A DNA stretch of 64,000 nt, taken from contig OX597819.1 in NCBI GenBank assembly GCA_951406725.2, forward strand, positions 28,024,001-28,088,000, in the 5' to 3' direction. Source of the DNA: Octopus vulgaris. Taxonomy: Eukaryota. The position numbers and the translations under genes are program-made. Shown here piece after piece: positions 13,386-27,175 of this stretch. The notes under the pieces were generated by a model that worked only from the letters and a program-made list of their open reading frames with translations, did not search any database and was not told the DNA's origin. Each line of letters begins with the position of its first letter. Within the stretch, counting starts at the first letter, position 1.

Positions 13386-13387
<2 letters not shown>
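12700..13387 (+). mobile_element. Internally deleted mariner (same family as 27176-28478) interrupted by a MITE
   Basis: ATGGAAGTGACAAAGGAGCAT... (MEVTKEH) at 12778; right-TIR remnant gcattatttattcgataaccc at ~13361-13383. Confidence 0.8.
12960..13354. mobile_element. MITE with ~20-bp perfect TIRs
   Basis: GGATCTTTTCGGTTTGAACG ... CGTTCAAACCGAAAAGATCC. Confidence 0.85.
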
Positions 13388-13416
<29 letters not shown>

Positions 13417-13804
13417 CGTCCACATATACACACAAAAATGCGTCAAGCTAAGTAAAATCGCTGTCTTTCATTACACACAGGCTTGTCCTTTGCAGGTGCC
13501 AGTACCATGTAAAATGCCCCGGCGCCGGTGTCACATAAAATGTACCCATGCCAGTGCTGCATAAATGCACCCGTGCCTGTGGCACGTAAAAGGCACTCAG
13601 CACACTGTATAAAGTGGCTGGCATTAGGAAGGGCATCCAGCTGTAGAAACCATGCCACAACAATTGGAGTCTGGGTGAAATAAAAATTTTGAAATACTGA
13701 TTTTCTTTTTGCTGATTCGGAATTTCCGCAGTCGAAAAAAAAACCGAAAGGAGGGGAATATATCCTCTCTCTCTATCTATCTATATATCTATATATAAAT
13801 GTGT

Positions 13805-14105
13805 GTACGACCAGCTTCTTTCAGTTTCCGCCTACTATATTCACTCACGAGGTTTGGTCAGACTATAGTAGAAGACATGTATATATTTACGTGTGCGTTA
13901 CTTTTTATCTGTGTTTGTCCCCACATCACCGCTTGACAACTCGTGTTGGTGTGTTTATGTCCCCGTAACTTAGCGATTCGGCAAAAGATACCGATAAAAT
14001 AAGTACTAGGCTTAAATAAGGCCTGGGGACGATTTGCTCGACCAAACCCGTCAAGGCGGTGCTCCAGCGTGGCCACAGTCAAATGAGTGAAACAAGTAAA
14101 AGAAT
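13805..14105. mobile_element. Rearranged SINE family B (inverted 5' part joined to forward 3' part)
   Basis: 13810-13877 is the reverse complement of the SINE left half; 13905-14105 is the forward right half. Confidence 0.7.
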
Positions 14106-14897
14106 AAATAATAGAATAAAATCACTGAACGCATTGGTGTTACACTTTCAGAAATTTGAAGCATTGTTGTTTCAATTTTTTTTAAGGATGAAAATATAAT
14201 TATAAACGAAAACAATATATGTGTATGTATATTTGTTCCTACTCGACGACTATTGGTACGTGAGCGTATACTTTATCGACAGCTACATACACATTTATAA
14301 ACCTCGTCATTTTTTTAAAATTGAAAACATGAGAAAACGTTCTTCGACAAATGATTCAGAAAGTTTCTATAAAATTTGAAATTTAATTTTTAGGGAGTGA
14401 AAAGAATCGCTGTCACGCATAAATCGGAATTTCTTCTTCGAGTTTTTTCGCACATTTTAGAGTATCTCACATTTTAAAACACTTAGGGGCGGACTTTTTA
14501 TTAACCTGTTTTTCACACGTCTCGCTCTCGGCTCTATCATGCTTTCGGATCAATAACCACCGCGTAAATGATTTTTTTTTTTGCTTTTCCCTATTTTTAG
14601 TTATGTTATAGTAATCCACTCATTTTCGGAGAAAAAATTTCGTACCCTCCAGCATTCTTAGTACTTTTCGCGATGAAAATCCTGTCCCGGTTGCCTAACT
14701 AGAATCTTACAAACTCTTCCAGTAGTTATCTTCTCGTTTCATATGTTTACATTCAAGGAAATACTGGTTCAATACTTAGTATTTTGGGGGAATGAAATTC
14801 ACTTAAAACAATAGGTTTATATTAAGCATATAGCTTATATCCATTTAAAAGAAGAAAAGAAAATGGAGATAAAAAAGTTAATAATAATAATAATAAT

Positions 14898-14939
<42 letters not shown>

Positions 14940-15296
14940 CAGCGTGGAAGGTGTTTTTCTTAAATAGCTCATAAATACCTTCCACGCTGCAATTGTTTTC
15001 TTTCCAGCACACGATCTCAGATCAGGTCACTTGCTATGCAAGTACATCTCCGTAAGTCTAAAACATTGCTTTTTCAGAAAGCGAAAAAATAGTTTTACCA
15101 TTCCATAGTAAAACCGTTGTACTACATGACATTTTTTGATATCTTGGAATTTGAATCAGCTGGAGATACGACGATAGTTTGATCAAAGGAACCGACTATT
15201 ACGAGCTAAAATAAATATTGCAAAAAAAAACAAAACAAAAAAAAACGCATTTGGCCAAATTTGGACATACGACAGTTTAACATAATAGCAATGATA

Positions 15297-15532
15297 TACA
15301 GGGTGGCCCAAAAGTAGGTTTAGTTATCACGGAGGCACTTCAAATTTCTTTTAAAACATTTTATTACATTTAAATTTCTATCTTACAAACTGAAAATGGA
15401 GTCTGACAAAATTAACTAAATTAGCATAGAATAATGGTTTCATGTTTGTTTATAATTAAGATCTAAACTGTTGATATATGAATGCGAAAGAGATAGTTGA
15501 ATAACTGTAAACCTATTTTGGGCTACACTGTA
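15297..15532. mobile_element. Tc1/mariner-type MITE with TA target duplication
   Basis: TA-CAGGGTGGCCCAAAAGTAGGTTTA ... TAAACCTATTTTGGGCTACACTG-TA. Confidence 0.8.
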
Positions 15533-16979
15533 CATTCATCTAGTTTCTCCTTCGGTGATATTCATATAGATACACACGCACGCACGCACACACACACACA
15601 GTGTTTAAATCTATAATGAGGATCTAAAACCTTTCTTCTGTCCCTTGGTGGGAGTTATTATTTGATCATATATGTCGGTAGTCTACAGCTATAAGATTGA
15701 TAAATCCAGTTAATTATTTGTCTTTGCTGCTTCAAAAATCACTTCCAAACGTACGGATTACATGCGTTTCAAAGTGTAGATGAAAAATAAAGAAAAAGAA
15801 AACAAAATCATGAAGGCACTTATGAGTTGGAAGGGGACGTTTGAAAAACGTGGATTAAAAAAATATCTTTTAAAGTTCGCCCTCCTACTAAGTGTTTTGG
15901 AATGTGGGATATTATAAAATTTATAAAAATCCCAGAATTTAAAAAAAAAAAAAACTTAAAGAAATTCCGACCTGTGCGTAACAGTTAATCCGAAAGTTTG
16001 CCTTGTGAAAATGTCATTCTACATGCAAACATTTTATATAGGCCTGTATATTTTTATTTATGTACCTGGTTGAACTGAAAACATCGTGAGAAACTTGCAG
16101 TATTCACTCAAAATACTTTTTCTTTCATTATAGAAGGTGAACGAGTACTCTATTAATATAGTTATGAATAAACATTTTTTCTACAATTAAAAGACGACTT
16201 TCGGATTAACGAAATCGGTTATTAATTGGAGGATTTCAATGAGGATATACAATATTTCAAGTAATCCTGCTACACACACACACTCTCTCTCTCTGTCTCT
16301 CTCTCTCTCTTTTTCACGCGCACGCGCATGTATACTTCTAGATTGACGATTGCACTAAACCGCAAACATTGAACCGAAAGTGACAGCGGTAACAAATCTA
16401 AAAGAATTAAAACTGAAATTTTATAGATACTAGGAAGATATGTATACTTACTTTCAATGATACAAGATATATCTGTGACTCTATACATATATGTATATAA
16501 TTATATATATGGGAGATATATGTGTGCTGTGAGCTCTGCAGAACTAAATCATAAAGCTGAATTCAAAGATTAGTTAATACTTGTTGCAGTAATACCTGTA
16601 GTGTTAAGCTACCCAATGACTGGTTACGTTTTATGAAAGTGACTGGAAGAAAAACATTACGATCTGGCTTCAAAGTGAAGCGCTTTGTTGATAAGTCAAG
16701 ATCCTGTCGGTCAGCTGTATTTTCAATAACAAAAGTGCTATGTAAATAGATGAGAGTTATCTCTCTTCACTGTAAACAATTTTGTCTTCACTTGATAACA
16801 GAAGCTGGAATACTTCACTTTACAGCCAAGATAGTAGCTACCGTATCTGACTGACTGGATGTAACCTAAAGCAATATTAAATCCCAACGATAATACTATC
16901 AGGAGAGTTAGTTCGCTTGAAGCATTGTGTATTGTTTATAAAGAATAAAAAGTTTTGAATGGTACAACAATGCACTATG

Positions 16980-17011
<32 letters not shown>

Positions 17012-17069
17012 GTATATATATATGTATATATATATAAGTAACTTCCAATAAAAAAACAAAAAAAAAACC

Positions 17070-17219
17070 TAGGAGTGGCTGTGTGGTAAGTAGCTTACTT
17101 CGAACCACATGGTTCCAGGTTCAGTCACACTGCATGGTACCCTGGGTAAGTGTCTTCTACTATAGCCTCGGGCTGACCAAAGTGAGTGGATTTGGTAGGC
17201 GGAAACTGAAGGAAGCCCG

Positions 17220-17253
<34 letters not shown>

Positions 17254-17600
17254 CGGGCTTCCTTCAGTTTCCGCCTACCAAATCCACTCACTTTGGTCAG
17301 CCCGAGGCTATAGTAGAAGACACTTACCCAGGGTACCATGCAGTGTGACTGAACCTGGAACCATGTGGTTCGTAAGTAAGCTACTTATATATATATGTAT
17401 GTATGTGTATATGTTTGTGTTTTTATGTTTGTCCCTCCAACATCGCTTGACAACCGATGCCGGTATGTTTACGCCCCGTAACTTAGCGGTTTGGCAAAAG
17501 AGACTGATAGAATAAGTGCTAGTCCTGGTGTCGATTTGTTCGACTAAAGGCAGTGCTCCAGCATGGCCACAGTCAAATGACTGAAACAAGTAAAAGAGTA
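17070..17600 (+). mobile_element. SINE family B carrying an internal fold-back inversion
   Basis: 17087-17221 is mirrored by 17252-17387 around a (TA)n centre; the SINE 3' half resumes at ~17400. Confidence 0.9.
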
Positions 17601-18267
17601 ATAATTGATTAAAGGTAATAGTTACAGGCATGGCCATTTAGTTAAAAAAAAATTCGTTTGGCAACCATGTGGACCTGCGTTTGATCCCCCTGCACAACAC
17701 TTTGAGCAACTGTAGCCTCAGACTGACCAGTGACTTGGAAACTAAAACTGATGAAAACCAACCCCAGACAATGTACAGAGATCAATATGATCACTAAAAC
17801 CCTTGATGATAGCACATCAACTTGACCACTATCTAATCATTGAAACTGTGAAAGTAGCAGTGATTTAAGCTAGTCTTATAAATTGCCATCTACAGTCTTA
17901 GTAGTATTGCTTTAATAATATAAACAATTTTGTATGAAAGCTTAATTTGGAACATAGTTTAGTTTTAGATACAAGTACAGTTTAAGAAATTAGCTTTGAA
18001 ATTACCTTTAGTTTGACCTATGGCTTTTGAGTGAAATTAAGTAGAAAGAAACGTGTTAGATAAGCTGAACTTATTCTTACATGGTAGATTTAATCCATTC
18101 CCCAGTTGAATACCATCACCACACAACTGTCTGTCTTTTGAATGCCTTTTAACAGAGACCACTCTGTTGAAAATCTTTGAAAGGTGTCTCAAGTTTCTTC
18201 TTCCCTTACCCACTTATTTCAAAAACCCTACAATTAAAAAGAAAAAATAGTTCTAGGTTTCATATAG

Positions 18268-18640
18268 GCATAGGAGTGGCTGTGTGGTAAGTAGCTTGCT
18301 TACGAACCACATGATTCCAGGTTCAGTCCCACAGAGTGGCACCTTGGGCAAGTGTCTTCTACTATAGCCTCGGGCCAACCAAAGCCTTGTGAGTGGATTT
18401 GGCAGATGGAAACTGAAAGGAGCCTGTCGTATATGTTTGTGTATCTGTCTTTGTCTCCCCAACATCGCTTGATAACCGATGCTGGTGTGTTTACGTCCCC
18501 GTAACTTAGTGGTTCGGCAAAAGTGACCGATAGAGTAAGTACTAGGCTTACAAAGAATAAGTCCTGGGGTCGATGTACTCGACTAAAGGCGGTGCTCCAG
18601 CATGGCCACAGTCAAATAACTGAAACAAGTAAAAGAGTAT
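18268..18640 (+). mobile_element. Full-length tRNA-derived SINE family B
   Basis: A-box-like GTGGCTGTGTGGTAAG and B-box-like GGTTCAGTCCC; other copies at 40245-40640(+), 34490-34755(-) and 43115-43270(-). Confidence 0.9.
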
Positions 18641-19397
18641 ACAAAGGATTGCCATAAAATGTCACATCTAGTCTGCTCTTTGTGCAGAGACAGTAGTCTC
18701 TTAAACGTCTTTCAATCCTCTGAAACTCCAGCTATCCCACTCTCACTTGATTCACTTCAGTTTTATTTCTCCTATTATCAATTAATTCTTAAATGAGCTG
18801 CAACAAGTAGACATACTGTCTATTGGGAACTTCACCTTCTGAACGGCTTTATGATAATTAAATGAACAGATATGAGCAACAGTAAAATTTAGTACCCACT
18901 TGTTTCTATTGTTAATACTTGTTCTACCTTCAACTGCATCTTAGGTACTTTACATCACTTGTATATTGTGTCTTAAAGCTCTATCACCTTAATTACTTGA
19001 TCATTTAGCCCAAAATCCCTGAAATTTTCCCTTTCTATATTATTGCCTTAGACCTCTGCAACAATTAATAATGGAGCTGACCTGCCAATTAATGGTGCTA
19101 ATGATTTCTTATTCCTGAACAATTTGATTAGCATAAGTTTCTGCCCATTCTTAAATCACCATTAATTATGATACGAATTTCATTCATCTTCTTTAGAGAT
19201 TAACACTATTTTAAAGTGGTTTTTTTTTCTTCTGGTAAAAGAAAGTTAAAATGATTGACATGTTCATTAATTTCAAATGAAATTTAATGAAATTCAAAGG
19301 GTATTTACTCCTGAAATCTTCTATATTAAAACATCTAACCCATGCAAACAGATTTAAAATAATGATGATGAATTACAGAACCTATTTAATCATCATA

Positions 19398-20420
19398 TCT
19401 ATATAAGGGAGGATGTGTGTGTGTGTATATGATTGTAATTTATGCATGTCCACAAATTAGCACACATGTCGCTCCAATTTTAGGAGGACATTTGTCAATA
19501 CCCTATTTGGGTTTTGTCAACTTATTTTTTTCTCTGAGGCACCCATGGATAGCGTAAATATCTATTTTCAGACATAGCTTTTAGTCACAAAAAATACCAG
19601 CCATTGCTTTTTTGACAGCATCTAACAAAAAAAATAAGATAAAGAAAAGTGGAAGAAGGAGGCAGAGAGTTTCACGGGAAAGACAAAGGGAGAGAGACAG
19701 AGAGTAAATGACAACGTTCATAAACAGCCTTAGCTTTTTTGATGACGTCTAACAAAAAAAAAATAAGATAAAGAAAAGTGGAAGAAGGAGGCAGAGAGTT
19801 TCACAGGAAAGACAAAGTGAGAGAGGGAGAGAGAGTAAGTGATGACGTTCATAAAAAATAAAATGTAAAATGTTTTGTTTTTTGAAAGACACTATATTTT
19901 ATAATCATAGTATATATACTTTCTCACACAACAATTACAATATATTTATTTTAAATCATTTATTTATTTTAAATCATTCATCTTTCTCCCCCCTCTCTCT
20001 CTCTCACACACACATTACTTTGGGTGCGAAAGAGTTTTGTTTTTATTTTACGCCGAGTAAAAAAGTGTTTTGTTGACAATCCATTTATTTAACAACAAAG
20101 AAACAAAGAGGTGAGTAACAATTTGTCAGTGAATTACACAATATAAATGGGTACAATATGCGAGGCTTCCACCACACCTCACTCCGTTTCATGGATTACA
20201 AAAAGGGTTTTGTGGCCAGAGTAGTTTATTCCACGCAAAAAAAAACGATTTTTTTCTTAGTGAAAATCGTGCGAGTGTTAATCTACAAATTTAAGAATAT
20301 TTTTTCCATTCATTTCTGTTTATGAACATGTATGCGTGCACAAAACATGCAATAGGTGTACGTACGTACGTGTGTGTATGTGTGTTCGTGTCTGTTGCCC
20401 ATATATATTTATATTATATC

Positions 20421-20477
<57 letters not shown>

Positions 20478-20596
20478 ACTAATTTCAATGGATTTCGCCC
20501 AAATTTGACGTCTATATTAGTTTAGTTTGAAATAAAGAACTTGATTAGCTTAATAATTGTAACTTAATCACGGGCAAGGCCGGGTTATATTGCTAG
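19398..20596 (+). mobile_element. Non-autonomous Helitron-like element (~1.2 kb)
   Basis: A|TC 5' end, subterminal GC-rich CGGGCAAGGCCGGG, CTAG|T 3' end, no TSD; internal ~130-bp tandem duplication at 19610-19855. Confidence 0.7.
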
Positions 20597-20859
20597 TTAC
20601 AGATAAAAGTATGTTAGAACAAATCTGAACTAATAGAATCTTAAATACTTTCACTCATAAGCATCAACTTACTTTCCCTACATATCTACTGCATTATTTA
20701 AAGCTGTATTCCTCATGAGAATGGTGAAGGGAGCAGTGAAGAATGTAAAGAAGGTGAACAGATTGTCATGTTTAATAAACCTTGGTAAAGGAAGAATAAT
20801 AATATGGTGCAAAATCCTGCACTATATATATATATACATACATACATACATACATACAA

Positions 20860-21830
20860 ATTTCATTTGGTGTACTCAGTGCAAGTTATGGACACAATAG
20901 AGGTGCAATGGCATAATAGGAAGGTTATCAGAGAAGGTAGTGTTCATATGTGAAAGATGCATAGGAGCCATAAAGCTACAGATACTCAGGAAGTCAATTT
21001 TCTCAAATGCTCCAGAGACTCTTTAGAAGTAGTGGGTAATTTCTGCTACCTAGGGGACCTAATTAGCTGTGGGGGAGGATGCTCAGAAAAGGTAATTACT
21101 AAAATAAGAATAGGATGGAAAAAATTCACCTCTGTTGGCAACCAAATGTCTCTCTCTCTCTCTCTCTGAGAAAGGAAGATTACAAGATACATGTATACAA
21201 ACAGTAATGCTACATGGTAGTGAGATTTGGGCTCTGAATGGAGAAGACACGTGAAGGATAGAGGGAAATGAAGCTAGTATGCTCTGCTGGATATACAATG
21301 TCAGTGTACAAGTGCAAAAGAGTGCTAATGTTTTGAGGGAAAAGTTGGGCACTAGAGGAACTAAAAGTAGTGTACAAGAGAGAAGATTGTACTGATTTGG
21401 TCATGTGATGCAAATGGAGGTAGACAGCTGCATACAGAAGTGCCAAACACTTAAAGTGGATGGAACTTATGGAAGATAGAGAGACCCAGGAAGACATGGG
21501 ATGAAATATTGAAGGCTGATCTCAAGACACTGAGCATTACAAAAGAGATGACTAAGGACTGAGATATCTGGTGTATTTCATTACTCAAGAAAACCCATCT
21601 CCCACAGCAGAATTGATACTGGTGCTAGTATCACATAAAAAGCACTCAGTACACTCTGAGGAGTGGCTGGCATTAGGAAGGACATCCAGCCATAGAAACT
21701 ATGCTGGAACAGACAACTGAGCCTGGTGTGGTCCTTGGACCTACCATCTCTAGTCAAATCACCTAACCCATGCCAGCATGGAAACCAGATGTTAAATAAT
21801 GATGATTATGATAATGATGATGATGACAAA
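20860..21830 (+). mobile_element. RTE-clade LINE 3' fragment with 3' UTR and (GAT)n tail
   Basis: LEVVGNFCYLGDLIS...IRIGWKKF and HGSE.W; tail ccatgccagcatggaaa...gttaaataatgatgat. Confidence 0.85.
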
Positions 21831-22370
21831 AAGATGTGATTGTCTCGGTAAGAACACTTGTGATCATATGTTATCTTTACTAGCATTCATTGAAGATCCT
21901 TTCAGTTTGACACAAATGGACAGAGTTTATTTTAAACACCACAACAATTTTCAGAAAAAGTTGATAGTAAAAAATGTTGCATTCCTTTAAAAATTTAATT
22001 TGATTAATCTCAGTGATAAAATCAATAGAAATCAACATTTTCAAGTAAATACTGTGATTGGCTCATAAAACTAATCTGTGAAGAAATTTAAAAGAAAATT
22101 GGAGCATGTGTATCAAACAGAAAAGATCTCAAATTGAGATAAATTCAATTGATAAGCTGTGGCTTCTTAAGTAGTTTATTTATTTTTATTAATTCTTTTT
22201 TTATCTTTATTGTAGCTTGGTTACAGGTTTCAAACAAGCCAATCCCTAGCTTCTAGTTTAGTGTATTTATGATGGTGATAGTGATGAGGGAGTGTCAACA
22301 TCTTTTTGTTATACACCACACACATACACACGCACATGTGTATGTATGTACATACATATATATATATATA

Positions 22371-22519
22371 TATAAATATTTTATAATTATATACATAATT
22401 ATAACAAGGGATTGGCTAAGTGCCTCACCATGTGCTGAAAAATAGATGCCAAATGACACTATTACCACCATAGATTCTCCATAAATCATTAATGATTTTT
22501 ACCCCTTATTATAATTAAT

Positions 22520-22556
<37 letters not shown>

Positions 22557-22701
22557 AATATTTTATAATTATATACATAATTATAACAAGGGATTGGCTA
22601 AGTGCCTCACCATGTGCTGAAAAATAGATGCCAAATGACACTATTACCACCATAGATTCTCCATAAATCATTAATGATTTTTACCCCTTATTATAATTAA
22701 T

Positions 22702-22735
<34 letters not shown>
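22371..22735. repeat. 182-bp tandem duplication bounded by (TA)n tracts
   Basis: Two essentially identical units (attataacaagggattggctaagtgcc...taccccttattataatt) offset by 182 nt. Confidence 0.9.
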
Positions 22736-22749
<14 letters not shown>

Positions 22750-22757
22750 TTTACTAA

Positions 22758-23968
22758 TGTTCTGTGTCATGAGGACCAAAAACTTGAAGTGTTTCATGTT
22801 GCAAGACAGTGTGTGAGAGAGAATCATGTTGTCATAGGAGAGAAATGTGTCCACATTGATGATGGTTTGCCTGCATTTAATGATGCTGCAAAGAGAGAGA
22901 CTTGGAGATACCACTATGAAAGGATGCTAAATGAAGAGAATGAATGGGAGAAAGAGAGTCTGCCAAATGTCAACCCAACAGAGGGACCAGCTATCCGAAT
23001 TGGCAGTACCTTGGTAGATAAAGCAATGAAGGGTATGTTGACAGGGAAAGCCCCTGGCCCATCAGGAATCATTGCAGAGATGCTTAAGATATCTGGCGGT
23101 GTAGGCTATAGTCTAGTCACCTGTATAGTCAACCAAGTAATACCTGAAGGAGTTATACCCGATGACTGGTGTAGCAGCACCATAGTCAACTGCTACAAAG
23201 TAAAGGTGATGCATTAGATAGGAATAATTACCGAGGTATCAAATTGTTAGATCAGGTGATGAAACTAATAAAGGAGAGAGTTAGTTTAGATGAGATGCTG
23301 TTTGGTTTTATGCCAGGGAGAAGCACCACTGATGCTATATTTCTGGTAAGTTAGCTGCAGGAGAAATTCCTAGCCAAAGATAAACCTCTGTACGTGGCTT
23401 TCGTTGATGTGGAGAAAGCCTTTGACAAGGTCTACCGATCCCTTATCTGGTGGTCAATGTGGAAACTAGGAATAGATGAGTGGTTATTGAGAGCTATACA
23501 AGACATGTACAGGGATGCTCTCATTAAGATGAAGGTTGGCAATGAGTATAAGCAAGAATTCCGGGTAGAAGTGGGGGTCCACCAAGGATCAATCCTCAGC
23601 CCCTCCCTATTCATCATAATCCTCCAGGCAATAACAGAGGAATTCAAGACAGGATGCCCCTAGGAGCTCTTCTATGCTGATAACCTTGCTCTAATATCTG
23701 AGTCACTACCAGAACTAAAGGAGAAGTTTCAGGTGCGGAAGCAAGGTCTAGAATCGAAGAGCCTAGAGTCAATCTAGCAAAAGCCAAATTCTTGGTAAGT
23801 AGGAAGGCAGATAAATTACAAATCCCTTCTGGTAGATGGCCCTGCTCAATTTGTGGAAAAGGCATAGATAAAAACTCCATAAGATGTACCTGGTGCAAGC
23901 TATGGACACATAAGAGCTGCAGCAATATCAAAGGAAAGTTAACTGGGAAGATAGTTTGTGTGTGTGGT
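22758..23968 (+). pseudogene. RTE-clade LINE reverse transcriptase fragment (frameshifted, with stops)
   Basis: KAPGPSGIIAEMLK, NYRGIKLL, FGFMPGRSTTDAIF, AFVDVEKAFD, GVHQGSILSP and YADNL (YADD), followed by a Cys/His finger. Confidence 0.92.
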
Positions 23969-24575
23969 GAATAGAAGGTACTGTTTGGAGCCTGTGTATT
24001 TATAGAATATGTCTGTTTCTATTTTCCCATCCTTGTTGGTGATTACAGTATCCAGGAAGGCAGGTTCCTTGTTGTTCAACTCCATTGAAGAATGGATGAT
24101 TTTGTTTAGGTTCTTCAGCATATTTTTGAATCTTGTGAGTGCATGTGCATCCAGGTTTTCCTGGATAAAACAATCACCCAGGTAGCTTTCCCAATTATTT
24201 TAGAGTTGTGTTTAGAAGGTGTCTCCGAAGAGAAGAATGGATTGGCTGTAAATTTTTAGTTCATGGAATCCTATGACTAAATTGATATATGTAGGGGCTA
24301 CCTTCATTACCATTGCAGTCTTGAAATTTGTTGGTATGCTGAACTAAAGTAGTTGTTTTGAAGGATGAATTGGTATGCTGAACAAAGTAGGTGTTTTGAA
24401 GGATGAATTTTAGTGCATCAGTGATGAGATCTTTTTCAATGCATGTCAACAGTTTAGATTAGTGTGTGTCTAGCCAGTATTTGATTGCAGTTATTCCATA
24501 GTCATAGGGTATATTAGTATATAAATTGATAACATCAAAGGCAACAAAAGTTGTGAATTCATTTACCAATTTTGA
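23969..24575 (-). pseudogene. Penelope-like element reverse transcriptase fragment
   Basis: FDVINLYTNIP, TAM...APTYINL, W..YLGDCF (YxDD) and AFLDTVI...IETDIFYKYTGSKQYLLF are PLE RT signatures. Confidence 0.85.
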
Positions 24576-24677
24576 ATTTTTGTTAATTTGGGCCAGCTCT
24601 TAGTTTTAGGATTTTTATTTCTATGTTTATTTTGTTAAGAGACATTTTCCCGCAGTTTTCTTTGTTGTTCTGGTTCA

Positions 24678-26700
24678 TTAACCCTTTTAAAATAGTTGAC
24701 ATAAATTTACGCAAGCAATGTATATGCTTTAAATCAGTCGACATAATTATATGCTGCCTGACTTAGAACCTGTTGCTTGAGTTAGTACCGGTCCACCTGC
24801 CAACTGATAGGCCAACTAGATGTTTCATGTAAATATTCACAACCCAAGAGGCAGATTCTGCCTCTCTGGCTTTGTCAGCTCCATCATTGATTCAGTGAAT
24901 TTATGGCTGTCATATCCTACCACTCAGGCTCAATCAACATTGTCGTTGTTTCCTGTTTTGACGAATTTATGGTCGTCATTCTAAGCTACACCAAGCTCCT
25001 GTTTCATTGAATTTATGGTTCTCATATCCTACTATTCAGGCTCAATCAACATTGTCATTGTGTCCTGTTTTGATGAATTTATGTTCGTCATGCTAAGCTA
25101 CACCAGGCTCCACCACCTCACCACTTGTTTCTTCTGGTTTGGACACTGACTTGGAGAGTGAGTGTTTTCCTAGTTTAGAATCAGATGATTCTGATAGTGA
25201 TGATGATATTCTGGTGAAACAAAGGTACAGGTAGGTAGCAGTGAATAGTCCTGGACAACAGAATGTCGTATGGTGAGTGAGAGACAATTTTATAAAATGG
25301 CATCGGTTTACTGGTATGCCTGGCATAAAGGCATACCCTGAATATAGAAGTTTGCCATTGGAAATCTTCCATGAGTTTTTGATGGATGAAATGTTCCCAT
25401 ATATAGTGGACAAAATTAATGATTATGCTGTAAACCATTCCTAACATGTTAGATCTGGGTATGGTGGTGATTGGTTTCCAACCACAAGAGACAAAATCAA
25501 AGTTCTGCTTGCCCTGCTGATAATGATGGGTATCATGAAGAAACTGACCCTGACATTATATTGCAATCAGGATCCAGCCAAGACAACACCTTTCTTTCCA
25601 GAAATGATGCCACATGATCGATTTTTGAAGCTTCTTCAAAATCTACATTTCAACTCAGGTGAGAACCAGGATGACAGGCTGCACAAAATATGTCCTATCA
25701 TCGAAAAAATGACTGACAATTTCAGAACAGTGTATCTCTTCGCACAAGACATTTGCAAAGATGAGAGTTTGTGGAAATTCAAGAGAAGGCTCTGACCAAA
25801 TGTGACTGCTTTGGAGTCAAGGTTTATAAAATATGCCAGTCAACTTGCAGAGCCTGTGGGTACACATGGAATGACAAAATCTACACTAGTCAGTGTCTAC
25901 TCTATCATCAACTGATGTTGTGTTGTCATTGAATGAAATCTTGTTTGACAAAGGCTGCAATATATATATATGGACAACTGGTTTTGCAGTCTATACCTCT
26001 TCCTGCAGCTGCAGGTGAGGAGGACTAATACCTGTAGGACTGTGAGGACACACAGGAAAAACATGCCGCCTGATCTTTACAAGATAAAACTTTGAAAGGG
26101 GAAACAACATACCAATGCACTGACTGCAGCATTCTCACTCTAGGGTGGTGTGACAAGAAAAACGTCTGCATGTTATCCACAATGTATTCTGCTAGCATGA
26201 AGGACACTAGGAGACAATATGTGGATGGTAATGCAATAATGAAACTGAGTGTAGTTGTTCCATACAATGAAGACAAGGTTGATCACTCAGATCAGTGGTC
26301 ATGACACACAAATTGATGAAAATATTTGTGAAATGGTACAAAACATTTTTCTTGTATATAGTTGACATGTGTGTCGTGAACTCACATTTTATTAGGTAGA
26401 TTCTTGGTAGTGTGGGGAACAGATTGACATTCAAGAATCTATTGTTCTGTGAAATGATAGAAGCATCAGACCTGTCAAAGTACAGAATGCGTGGACATTC
26501 CCACGCCAGACTCTCACTTCACTGCATGGTGACGGGATGTGGACATTTTCCACGACTGTTTCCCCCCAATGCCAAGAAGACAAATGCTTCAAAAAGATGC
26601 ACAGTATGGAAAGCAAAAGAGAAATGTAAGGAAACTTGATATCATTGTTCACAATGTGATATGCCACTCTATCATGCTAAAGTCAATTTTAGAATTCACA
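24678..26700 (+). mobile_element. Decayed piggyBac (PGBD4-like) transposon
   Basis: TTAA-CCCTTT left end; tandem subterminal repeats at 24890-25110; MPHDRFLKLLQNLHF, ICKDESLWKFK, YMDNWF, GTVR, W.DKKNVCMLST and a C-terminal Cys-rich domain; many stops; right TIR not found. Confidence 0.88.
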
Positions 26701-27175
26701 TGATTGTAAATACATGAAGTTGACCTGAATTATGCTATTGAGTGACCTTATTCAAGTGGTGATGAGTAAGTACTTTCTTTTAGATGAGGTCTGGGATGTT
26801 TGTGCAAGTGACAGAAGTCAAAGTAGTATACCATTCTAGATATCACCTGAGCATTGTAGTTTGGGACACTTATTTTCAGGCTCAGAAAAGCAAAGATATT
26901 CTTTGGGATACATTTTTTGGCTGTGTTATGGATGTGGCATCACCATGAGAGTTTATCAATGAGGCCTTGTTTTTGGAGCAACTTTTATATTTCTTTACAA
27001 ACTGTAGCCATCACTTGGAAATGTGTCTTGATTTGGTAACATATAACAAACTTTTATTGTTTTAGGTGTTTGTATTGCCATGAGCAGACATAGACATCTT
27101 TTTGGCCCTCCTCCTCATTAACCCAGCTGGAAACCAAAGTTGTGTTCAATTTCAGCTGGAGCAAGGGCTTATATG

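Noticed and set aside
22295-22735. Duplicated small ORF MIYGESMVVIV... or a CRISPR-like repeat array
   Set aside because: It is a simple two-unit 182-bp tandem duplication with no unique spacers and no cas genes, in eukaryotic context.
25200-26670. Domesticated PGBD-like gene
   Set aside because: Multiple stops and frameshifts; a dead transposon.
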